IMG/VR virus record: IMGVR_UViG_3300025120_000032
Direction: 5' to 3' (one strand)
Length of the DNA stretch: 64,000 bases
From: an uncultured virus (IMG/VR IMGVR_UViG_3300025120_000032)
Taxonomy: Duplodnaviria; Heunggongvirae; Uroviricota; Caudoviricetes
Under the pieces are notes generated by a model. The model was not told the origin of the DNA. It saw only the letters and a program-made list of their open reading frames with translations, and ran no database searches. Shown here one piece after another: positions 49,379 through 58,338 of this stretch. Position 1 is the stretch's first letter. Each line of letters opens with the position of its first letter. The translations under genes were made by a program, and so were the position numbers.

Positions 49379-52333
49379 TTAACTATATGAGCCAGTACTT
49401 ATTGTAGTAGTACCTTGTGAACTTATTTCTGTTGTGCCATCTGGCACTAGCGAAGAGTTGGATTGTGAAGCAAAAGATTTATCCACTATTCTTTTGTTTG
49501 TCCAATAATCTCCATCTGGAGTTAATTCGGCTGTACCCACACTCTGTGGAAGATCAAACTGGTTGACTGATATTACACCAGTAGCAGATGTTTGTCCAAA
49601 GTCTGATACAACCTCTGTGTATTTAGGCCAAACATTATTACCTTTTATCACACAAGTATCTAAAGATAAATCTGAGTCATACGATAGACTAACAGACTTA
49701 TTGAAAAATAATGGCATAAGTTCATTACCATCATTGTGAATGGTTGCCCTATAATCATCATCATACCATGCAGTTTGACGCACATCACTGAAGTTATCTC
49801 CTGTGATACCTTCTGTCTGTCTAATGAATGTGGCATTGGTTGGATCGTAGACTTCTAGTGAAGCAAGCTCTGCTTCCATTAATGATAGAGCAGAAACTCT
49901 TTCAACGTTGTTAAGTCTGCTTTCCAGTTGACGTAGATCACTCATTTTAAATCCACGATTGTCATAACGAGATGTGCTTAAGTCTTCTTCGTTAAAAGTA
50001 AAAGGATTTAATGTTATATTGTAAAGAGGCATATCTCTTGGATTTAAGCCCTTAGGTTCATCCATATCATAAGAGGGTTTACCAACATGATAGTTCAATG
50101 TGCCTGAAGGAGACAATGTTAACACATCTCTTCTAGGCAACCAATACTTAGCAGTTCCCACTGTGATAGTAGATTGACTTTTAGGAAGATCTTCTATACG
50201 AGCAATACCACCTGAGAAAGTTGAGTTTGCAGGATTCTGTAAAGATCTCATATCTATCACATCTGCTAGGTGATGTGTTTCACCCTGAGTTGTAGTATAT
50301 TTTGGTATCTCGCTAAAGGTAACATCACTATAAGAAGCGGCTCCACCAAAGTAGCCTGTTCCTGATGGTGTGTCATGCTGAAAGTATTTGTATTGAACTG
50401 TAACATTTCCAGCGGGTGCTGAAACGCCAGATTTCAGTTTACCTGTCCCCGGTCCATAATAGTTATCTCTTTGACCATTATCTAAAACAAACTTATAGGT
50501 TATGTCTTCACTAGTTGTTGCGTCTGTTACTTTATAGAACCTAAAGATATCTGCTTTGGCGAGTGTAAATACTCCACTACTTAATGATATGGTTTCTGAT
50601 TCCCAAGAGTTTGCCGCCACACTAGGTTTAAGTGACTTGTTCTTACGTGTCAGAGTTTTATTCTGATAAGCAATAACATGACCATTACCAGTTGCTGGTC
50701 CAGAAATTGTGGCCTGAGTGTTGCCACTATTTAAAGATACTGTAGGTGTAGATAATGCTCCACCAGTATTTACTTGATATAACCAATCGGCTGTTTCTGT
50801 AAATGTATCAGTCCCAGCATTAATAACTACAGTGCTTCCTGTCTTATTGACTGTATATACAGTGCCTATAACAGCGGTCACAGTGCTTATCTCTTGTACT
50901 CTTGAACTAGGTAACTCAAATAATAGATCATTCTGTTCTCTATTATAAACATCAAATCTGTTTTGAATGGATTTTAAGTTCGCATAGTTGTTCGCATCGA
51001 CACCGATACTTCTGATATCACCTGTGCTAAATGCTGTGTTAGTTATCTTGATATCAAATATATTAATACGGAAGTTTGTTTGTATAAGTTGTATGCCACG
51101 CACACGTGCAGTTCCGAAGCTAGTGCCACCTCTATTGACCGCACTGTATAGGTTAACTTCTGTAAAGTCTTCAACGTAACCTACTAAACCATAAGCACTA
51201 TCAGCTTGAACAAAGTTACCTAAATTAGTTCCAACTTTTTCTGTTGTATGTGTCATCACATCATTGATTAGACTTCTAGGTTTCTGCACTCTAAGTGGGA
51301 GATTGAAATCTCTTTCAATACGAGAACCGCCAACAAATGCTGTGCCACTAGAGACTTTAAACTGTAAGAAATCGTTGTCACTATCTTTTGTGATATCTAA
51401 ATCAAACTCGCCTGTTTTTCTTTGTTCAATAAAATCTCCTGTTTGAGAATATGTTCTAGAGTCTATGATGTTACCTATTTTAGATAAGATCTTATCAGGA
51501 GTTCTTGTTAGTGATACTAAACCATTGCGAACCTTGTATACTTCATAGAAAGTATCACTTGATGTAATATCAGCCTTAGTAGTCAAAGTCAAAGTTATTC
51601 GTAGACGATCCGCACCGGGGGATGTTAGGTTGGGTGTAGACCCTGAGTTGTCAAAGAGTGCTACATTATCAGCGGTAGTGACGATCTCTTCTACTACTTT
51701 AAATCCAACAGTTCCTGAAAATGAGGCACTATACTTTGAAAGAACTAAAGTCTGTGCTTCGACCATAACCAAATGTTGTCCAGCAAACGTATCGAACTGT
51801 GGGATCTCTACAATAGAAGACTTGCCCACAGCATCGTTTGCCGCTAGGATAGTCACATTACCTAAAGTCGTAGTAAGAGTTGATCCTGAACTGAATGGTT
51901 TTGACACTGAAGTATTGGTTGCTGTAGCAGAACCTCCAGCTTTACCTTTAGTCATTTTTACAAATAGTGTTGCGGGATCAGAACCAGTTGCCGCTACTAC
52001 TTCTTTTACAACAGCAAACAAATCACCATCGTTTATTTCTGTGCCTTTTAACTGTGCAAATCCAGTGGGAAGAGAACTAACTTTTAAGTATGTATATGAA
52101 AATGCATTAACACCAGAAGCCAGATTACCACTGTTGTTGAAAATAGCACCTTCGTTAACAATGAATTTCGCAAGTCTACTAAGCTCTTGTTGAACTATAG
52201 TTTGAGATTGTGTTAGTTCACGTGCTTGTAGTGCTCTGCCGTTATTAAACAATATGCGGTGGTAATGATCACTATCTCTATAGTCATCATTGTACTCGCT
52301 TAAAAATGTTGTACTAGTAAGATTAGTGGCCAT
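49379..52333 (-). CDS. VrlC/DUF4815-like virion structural protein (N-terminal part)
   Basis: YNDDY...YHRILF..GRALQARELTQSQ, SPGADRL, LDNGQRDNYY, MSDLRQLESRL.NVE. Confidence 0.8.
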   Translation of the reverse strand: MATNLTSTTFLSEYNDDYRDSDHYHRILFNNGRALQARELTQSQTIVQQELSRLAKFIVNEGAIFNNSGNLASGVNAFSYTYLKVSSLPTGFAQLKGTEINDGDLFAVVKEVVAATGSDPATLFVKMTKGKAGGSATATNTSVSKPFSSGSTLTTTLGNVTILAANDAVGKSSIVEIPQFDTFAGQHLVMVEAQTLVLSKYSASFSGTVGFKVVEEIVTTADNVALFDNSGSTPNLTSPGADRLRITLTLTTKADITSSDTFYEVYKVRNGLVSLTRTPDKILSKIGNIIDSRTYSQTGDFIEQRKTGEFDLDITKDSDNDFLQFKVSSGTAFVGGSRIERDFNLPLRVQKPRSLINDVMTHTTEKVGTNLGNFVQADSAYGLVGYVEDFTEVNLYSAVNRGGTSFGTARVRGIQLIQTNFRINIFDIKITNTAFSTGDIRSIGVDANNYANLKSIQNRFDVYNREQNDLLFELPSSRVQEISTVTAVIGTVYTVNKTGSTVVINAGTDTFTETADWLYQVNTGGALSTPTVSLNSGNTQATISGPATGNGHVIAYQNKTLTRKNKSLKPSVAANSWESETISLSSGVFTLAKADIFRFYKVTDATTSEDITYKFVLDNGQRDNYYGPGTGKLKSGVSAPAGNVTVQYKYFQHDTPSGTGYFGGAASYSDVTFSEIPKYTTTQGETHHLADVIDMRSLQNPANSTFSGGIARIEDLPKSQSTITVGTAKYWLPRRDVLTLSPSGTLNYHVGKPSYDMDEPKGLNPRDMPLYNITLNPFTFNEEDLSTSRYDNRGFKMSDLRQLESRLNNVERVSALSLMEAELASLEVYDPTNATFIRQTEGITGDNFSDVRQTAWYDDDYRATIHNDGNELMPLFFNKSVSLSYDSDLSLDTCVIKGNNVWPKYTEVVSDFGQTSATGVISVNQFDLPQSVGTAELTPDGDYWTNKRIVDKSFASQSNSSLVPDGTTEISSQGTTTISTGSYS

Positions 52334-52342
52334 GGTTTACCC

Positions 52343-53749
52343 TTAAAGTTTAATAACGATTTTTATATCTTCAGTTTGATTAGCGTCTCTAGCAATCTTT
52401 GCTTGATTATTTAGGAACAATAATTCGCCAGAGTGTATGTCTATCTGCCTAGCAACTCTGCTACCAACAGTGAAAGATCCTGATTTGCCTGAGATTGTTA
52501 CGGTCTCAGCATCTCTGAATGGAGTAAATCCTGTGGTTTCATCTTGGTGATACCATAGTGTTGCAGAGTCATCAAAGTAGTCAATCCATGCTTTGGCATT
52601 ACTATCACCATTGATTGTAACATCATCAGCCCAAGATAGACCCCCTGCGATAGCAGAAGTCAATACAAGTTGCTTAACGGCTCTTCCTTGTGATAGTTGG
52701 AACTTAGTTCCACTAGCAGAATCTTTTAGATTTTTGAGTAGACCAACTTGACGATATTCGTTGTTAACAATGAATGTTCCACTAACATTACCTTCAGGCT
52801 TAATGTTAAACATCATGTTAGTAGATCTTAAGTCTGAACGTGCATCTGCGCCCATACCGCCGGGGTTGGCAAATATTGGGAACACTTCCGCTGTAACTCC
52901 TGAGGTCAAACTTGTTGCCGCAACTCTAACAGAGGCTTGATTGTAGCCAGTGCCTAAAGCAGGGATGAATGGTGTTCCACCAACACTGCCCACACCAGCA
53001 CTATCGCCTACTTCAACTGCCGCCAACTTACCTGTGGCATCAAGAATACCATGAGCTTTTGCGCCACTACCATCACCAACAACAGTGAGTATCGGTGCCG
53101 CTGAATACACTCCAGTGTTAGGTGCTACACGATATCCTATTACCTGACCATCAACAGCCGCATTTTGTACAGACTTTTGTGAGAAGTTAGGATCAGTTAC
53201 CGCCGCTGAGTCAACAAACTTAACAGGCATAAAGTTAGAAGTCAAGAACCTATTTGAATCGGCAGTAGTAATTGTGTACATATATTTCCAGATATACCCA
53301 TCACTTTCTATTGGAAGAGATGTATTAGTATGATCTGGCACAAACTGTGATACTACAGCCGCCCCAAAACTATTTTTACCTTGACGAATACAAACATATA
53401 TGTTATTGTCAGAGGTTCTTACATAGTATGAAGGAGTTGGTTGTCCAACAACGTTGTCGCTAAAGGCAGGGTAAACTGTGTTGGTTGTCCAATCAGTTAG
53501 AGGTACTACAAAGGAAAATGCTTCGACTGCTTTTACTGATTGAAGATTGTATCTAAACTGTTTACGATCTCTTTCAGTATTGCTTGGAGACACTGTAGTA
53601 TCAGTATTAGCAGATGGTTGCCAGATCTGAGAATGACCAATCCCAATGTAGAAATAGTTATCAGAGTCACCACGATTTGTACCTTGGTTCTCATCAAATA
53701 TTTGCTGTGCAAACTGTCTTTTTAATCTGTCTGTAATAATTGCTGGCAT
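52343..53749 (-). CDS. g8: Baseplate wedge gp8
   Basis: MPAIITD, YVCI, DGYIWKYMYTI, SGELLFLNN...R...QTEDIKIVIKL. Confidence 0.88.
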   Translation of the reverse strand: MPAIITDRLKRQFAQQIFDENQGTNRGDSDNYFYIGIGHSQIWQPSANTDTTVSPSNTERDRKQFRYNLQSVKAVEAFSFVVPLTDWTTNTVYPAFSDNVVGQPTPSYYVRTSDNNIYVCIRQGKNSFGAAVVSQFVPDHTNTSLPIESDGYIWKYMYTITTADSNRFLTSNFMPVKFVDSAAVTDPNFSQKSVQNAAVDGQVIGYRVAPNTGVYSAAPILTVVGDGSGAKAHGILDATGKLAAVEVGDSAGVGSVGGTPFIPALGTGYNQASVRVAATSLTSGVTAEVFPIFANPGGMGADARSDLRSTNMMFNIKPEGNVSGTFIVNNEYRQVGLLKNLKDSASGTKFQLSQGRAVKQLVLTSAIAGGLSWADDVTINGDSNAKAWIDYFDDSATLWYHQDETTGFTPFRDAETVTISGKSGSFTVGSRVARQIDIHSGELLFLNNQAKIARDANQTEDIKIVIKL

Positions 53750-53759
53750 TGTCTATTTC

Positions 53760-54761
53760 CTATACGACTGCATATCCAAAACCACCGATAATATTCCATC
53801 CGTTGGTTCCGTCCCAAATTAGTTGTGCTGTATCTAGTGGATCAAAGTTAATACTTGTTCCTTGAGCAAAGGTTGCTGGTGTTACTGATACTGTACCTGA
53901 ACCACCACCACGTCTTGCAAATGTCTTCATTTCACCGTTGAGTGTGCCATCAGCTAATGTAACTGTGCCTGAAGAAGATCCTGTTAGAGATATAAATCCA
54001 GCACTAGCTGAAGCCGCCGCACTATTTGCCGCTGTAGCATAACTAACAGCCGCTTTACTTATCTTAACAGATCCAGTTCCTTTAGAAGTTAGATCTAAGT
54101 TTAGATTAGCATCCGAACCTATAGCTTCTATAACAGGTGATGTTCCAGCCGCTTTAGAAGACACTTTAACATTATTTCTAGAAGGTGTAAAAGTGTTTGT
54201 AAAGGATATGACTGCGTTACTAGCAGAATCGGTTAAGTACTCATGAACTTTAGGTCTTTGCACAACAGGATCTGTCAACGTTTTATTCGTTAAAGTTGCT
54301 GATGTGTTATTCATAACCATAGTATCACTAGCAGATAATGCTGGTATTGTTATATTACGATTTGCGCTCAACGCTCCAGCAACAAAAGTATATCTGTGAC
54401 TAGAGTCTGCATCCCACAATCTCATATCATGTAGTGATGGATTATTGAGTTGTGGGTTAGTTAGTGTCTTATTACTCATAGTTTGTATAGCGGTGTCAAC
54501 CAATACTATACCAGAAGAATCTCCGAAATCTATATTGATTTCAGAGGCAGGGTTAATGGCTCCAAGTTTAGTGCGTCCACCAGCACTTATAATATCCATT
54601 CCACTATCAGTAAGTTGTGATGTGCCAGCACTAATGGTAGATCCACCTAAAAGATTATACAGTTCTGTGAAGTTGGCATTAATCTTTGTACCAGCACCAC
54701 GTAATGTATCACCCGTCCTGTCATTTGCAGATGTACCCGTATTGATTGTCTGTTTTGCCAT
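53760..54761 (-). CDS. Baseplate wedge/tail fibre connector (gp9/gp10-like N-terminus)
   Basis: KQTINTGTSANDRTGDTLRGAGTKINANFTELY; T.TNKTL repeats. Confidence 0.8.
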   Translation of the reverse strand: MAKQTINTGTSANDRTGDTLRGAGTKINANFTELYNLLGGSTISAGTSQLTDSGMDIISAGGRTKLGAINPASEINIDFGDSSGIVLVDTAIQTMSNKTLTNPQLNNPSLHDMRLWDADSSHRYTFVAGALSANRNITIPALSASDTMVMNNTSATLTNKTLTDPVVQRPKVHEYLTDSASNAVISFTNTFTPSRNNVKVSSKAAGTSPVIEAIGSDANLNLDLTSKGTGSVKISKAAVSYATAANSAAASASAGFISLTGSSSGTVTLADGTLNGEMKTFARRGGGSGTVSVTPATFAQGTSINFDPLDTAQLIWDGTNGWNIIGGFGYAVV

Positions 54762-54786
54762 AACTTACTCTCTAGCTAGTTTATTA

Positions 54787-54794
54787 TATTTATA
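54787..54794 (-). promoter_or_regulatory. T4-type late promoter
   Basis: TATAAATA overlapping the upstream stop codon. Confidence 0.7.
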
Positions 54795-55854
54795 CGTGAT
54801 TAAAGGGGTAATGTGCTGAATCTGCACTATTATCTGAGTCAAATAGTGTTGAGAACTTACCCATATCCATAGTTGATTGTATTGTAATAACACCATCTGA
54901 ATCCATATCCATAGTTGGAGACCCTGATGCAAGACCTGAGTCACTCATGAACGTTCCTGAAAGACCAAGAATATCATAAGTGCTTCTATCAGGCATAGAT
55001 GAATCTATCGTGCGAGTTCCAATATCCCTAAACTCATTACCAGTTGCGAAACGTCTGATGCCCAAAGCACTATCTTGTAGAAGAAGTGTCTGAGAGGTTT
55101 CAGCACCTATCGACATAGTAGCAAATGCCTCTGAACTTACCGCCTCTGCTATCGGGTCACCAATCTCATCTTGAGCAATAGAAAGTCCAACAGTGTTTAC
55201 AAGTTCAAGTAAAAGTTCCGCACCAAGATACACACCCGCTGGATGCACAAATAACTTGTAGGTATCAATCCATTCGTTAAGAGGCAGACCTATTCTAATA
55301 AGAACTGACATAACTTGATATAGTTTATCATCTGTAATGAACTTACGTGACTCAGGACCAATGACTGATGCTGGTTCTTTTATCTGTTGACTACCCGTAT
55401 TAATACTATCTTGTTCATAATCAATCGAAGGACCAACTTTGAATATATCGTTTTTAGGATATATGATTTGAGGATCTTGTGCAAAGAACCCTCTAAAGAA
55501 TTGTTCGATACTATACTTAGTACCTTTAGATCTATAAAGAGTATTTGAAAACTTAATGGCTTCTCTTTTATTAAGGAACCCACCAAAGTATGCCTGACCT
55601 AAAAGAAGTTCATCTTCAAGGTATTGTAGTAAACTTTCTGGAACCTGTGTAGCATCTCTGGAAGAAGATAACCTTTTAATCTGCCCAGAAGGATTATCGG
55701 CAGAATCCATAAACTCATAGTAGGCTTCGAACAAACTTTTTAGTTTAGGAAAATCTTCCTGAAAGTATTCTGGCAATACTTTATCGATCTCACTATTTAA
55801 GAGATTTATATTAGTACGATTATTATCCAGTAATGTTTGATCTCTTTTAGCCAT
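54790..55854 (-). CDS. Baseplate wedge subunit (short gp7-like)
   Basis: LPEYF..D.P....F.AYYEFM, YRSKGTKYS..QFFR, VHPAG; follows gp6. Confidence 0.7.
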   Translation of the reverse strand: MAKRDQTLLDNNRTNINLLNSEIDKVLPEYFQEDFPKLKSLFEAYYEFMDSADNPSGQIKRLSSSRDATQVPESLLQYLEDELLLGQAYFGGFLNKREAIKFSNTLYRSKGTKYSIEQFFRGFFAQDPQIIYPKNDIFKVGPSIDYEQDSINTGSQQIKEPASVIGPESRKFITDDKLYQVMSVLIRIGLPLNEWIDTYKLFVHPAGVYLGAELLLELVNTVGLSIAQDEIGDPIAEAVSSEAFATMSIGAETSQTLLLQDSALGIRRFATGNEFRDIGTRTIDSSMPDRSTYDILGLSGTFMSDSGLASGSPTMDMDSDGVITIQSTMDMGKFSTLFDSDNSADSAHYPFNHV

Positions 55855-57860
55855 TAGTTAATTGCACTTACTGTTACAGCGGTTGTTGTCGATCTATCTG
55901 TATCGAAGTTTAATATCTCATTACGTGTTGGTGCCAGAGCACTCTGATTAGAAGGAACTGCCGCTAATTTAATAAATGTTAATCCAGCGGATATACTTGT
56001 AGGATTAAAATAGTTAATCGTAACTACACCTGTTGCGGCCATATAGCTTCCTACATTATCTACTATTATTGCCCCGCCAGCAATGGCTACAATCTGAATA
56101 ATATTTGAACCTAGTTTATTTCTAAGCATACACGTTTGACTTTGGAATGTAAATTCATTACTTGTAATAATATATTCATTATCGTCAGGTGCCGCAATCG
56201 ATACTGGAAACTGTAACTGTTGATTAATAGAAACTTTGGCGGCTGATAGTTTTGACTTAATGTATGTAGTGTTTTCACCACTAAGATCGTTTAATACCAT
56301 ATAGTTTGCCGCATCATTATATCTTTGACTGACAACAAAGTCAACTATTTTATTAAGGTCAGTAGCAGATGTTGTAAGAGGATTTGAAAGCAACTTGTTT
56401 ATAACACTGATCAAAGTCGGTGCTGTAGGCGTAAATCTTTGTTGCAGTCTAACATTCGATCTTGATGAGAGAACAGCGGGAGAAGATTCGTCTACAAGAG
56501 ATAGGACATTTGATCTTCTGAATGCCTGTTTAAAGTTACCAGTATTTGTGGCAAAGTATCCTGAAATAATAGTATTAATAGAATCTTGTACGGCATTTAA
56601 AGTTAAGTCTGTGAGTTTTGGGTTGAACTGAAAGAACGTATCCATTTCAACAAATGTTTGAACAGGATCTATAAATCTAATATTGAAAGATACAATAGAC
56701 AGTTGTGTTGCTAGATCTCGTATTGCTTGTTTTGTTGTGGCAATAGTTTCTGTAGTAACATCACTCTCAAACAATATTGATATGTATACAGCACCAAACT
56801 CAGGATCTACTGCCACTTCTCCACCCCATGAAGCAATGTCTTGTATGAGAGTAGAATAACTCTGAAGTATAAGTGATGAGTAATCTTCTGCCGTGACCAT
56901 ACGGTTTTGAGTAGCATATCTGAAAGGCGCATTCTTACGAATAGATTCTATGCTTTCTTTCTCTTCACCACCAATAGAGTTCACATATGTCACAACATTA
57001 ATATCAGAAGTTATGTTTCCTGATGTGAACTGTGCTGAAGGAACAAACACACTAGCACCATTAGCAACAGCACCTTTTACTGATAGGTATTCAACTTCAA
57101 TACGATTACCAGCACTAGGAGCAACACCGAATGTTACACCATCACCAAAAGATAGTTCGAAGTATCCGTTAGGAGATTCTTTTAGAATATAGATTGTTGA
57201 GTTGGCACTAAGAGTGGTAGCACTTTTAATGTTTTGATATGTAGTAAAGTCTGTTGACGTAGCACTTGTGAATACTTTTATCGTAACAGTATCCGCATCA
57301 GCCGTTCCATCTGGAATAACATAAACAGGGTTATCTTCGTATTCTCCAACTAGGAATGTTTTTGTTTTCAGTGTACCTTCAAAGATTGGAATACGATTTG
57401 ATCCAGCGTTTGTTTTAAACTCATAGAAACCTGTGCCATCATCTGTAGCAGAAAAGTTTTCTACATTCTGGAAGCTGTATGTCGCATCATCTACACTTGA
57501 AGTGAATTTGGTGTATGCTGGTAGAGTAATAGTTTGCTCACGGGCAACAGCGGTTGAGTTCAAAGTAAGTCTAACCTTTGCCTGAGATGATGTATCAGTG
57601 TCTGGCACATATCCTATACCTTCTGATAGGGAAACAACTGAACTTCTTAACTGTGCAGTCGGAAGGTATGATTCATTAAGAGCAAAGTTTGCTATAAGAG
57701 CATTGAGATGTGTGTTGTAGGCTAGAACATCAAGGATGTTTGAAAGACCTGATGCCTCAAAGTTATAATCTTTAAACTCATCTTTATTAGCAAGATAATC
57801 TTTTAAATTACTCTTGATATTGTTAAAGTCTAAGGCTGATGATTTAATCGTTGTTGCCAT
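55854..57860 (-). CDS. g6: Baseplate wedge gp6
   Basis: LDFNNIK, DYNFEASGL..LDVLAYNTH, FGDGV.G, QNRMVTAEDY. Confidence 0.93.
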   Translation of the reverse strand: MATTIKSSALDFNNIKSNLKDYLANKDEFKDYNFEASGLSNILDVLAYNTHLNALIANFALNESYLPTAQLRSSVVSLSEGIGYVPDTDTSSQAKVRLTLNSTAVAREQTITLPAYTKFTSSVDDATYSFQNVENFSATDDGTGFYEFKTNAGSNRIPIFEGTLKTKTFLVGEYEDNPVYVIPDGTADADTVTIKVFTSATSTDFTTYQNIKSATTLSANSTIYILKESPNGYFELSFGDGVTFGVAPSAGNRIEVEYLSVKGAVANGASVFVPSAQFTSGNITSDINVVTYVNSIGGEEKESIESIRKNAPFRYATQNRMVTAEDYSSLILQSYSTLIQDIASWGGEVAVDPEFGAVYISILFESDVTTETIATTKQAIRDLATQLSIVSFNIRFIDPVQTFVEMDTFFQFNPKLTDLTLNAVQDSINTIISGYFATNTGNFKQAFRRSNVLSLVDESSPAVLSSRSNVRLQQRFTPTAPTLISVINKLLSNPLTTSATDLNKIVDFVVSQRYNDAANYMVLNDLSGENTTYIKSKLSAAKVSINQQLQFPVSIAAPDDNEYIITSNEFTFQSQTCMLRNKLGSNIIQIVAIAGGAIIVDNVGSYMAATGVVTINYFNPTSISAGLTFIKLAAVPSNQSALAPTRNEILNFDTDRSTTTAVTVSAIN

Positions 57861-57861
57861 G

Positions 57862-58308
57862 TTATCTTAACCTTGATAGGGAAGTCGTGAACGTCACAAC
57901 TTCTTCTGTGTTTACAATTTGAAACTCTATTGTTATTGATATAGAGTTTCTTTCTTCTTGATAATTTACATCAATAGCCCTAATAATTGCTCTTGGTTCA
58001 TAGGCATTTATAGCTCTGACTATATTTTCACGTGCATCATCTTCAATATCGTCATCGGCTAATTCGAATAGTAGTGCTCTTATATTTCCACCAAAGAAAG
58101 GCTCGAATGGCTTCTCAAAGAAGTTAGTCATAACAAGATTTTTTACTGACTGCTTAACAGCCGCCGCTTCTTTCTTAGTGAATATTTCGCCATTAGGTTT
58201 AGCAGTAAAAGATAAATCAATATCTTTATACTCAGACTTTCTACTTACTATTAAAGCAGACTTACTGAGGTTGCCATCCTCTCTTGATAATACTCTATTG
58301 GTTGCCAT
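57862..58308 (-). CDS. g25: Baseplate wedge gp25
   Basis: YKDIDLSF, AVKQSVKNLVMTN..EKPF.P.FG, YEPR. Confidence 0.92.
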   Translation of the reverse strand: MATNRVLSREDGNLSKSALIVSRKSEYKDIDLSFTAKPNGEIFTKKEAAAVKQSVKNLVMTNFFEKPFEPFFGGNIRALLFELADDDIEDDARENIVRAINAYEPRAIIRAIDVNYQEERNSISITIEFQIVNTEEVVTFTTSLSRLR

Positions 58309-58330
58309 AAGTTCTTCTCTATTTTACCTT

Positions 58331-58338
58331 TATTTATA
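58331..58338 (-). promoter_or_regulatory. T4-type late promoter
   Basis: TATAAATA upstream of gp25. Confidence 0.72.
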
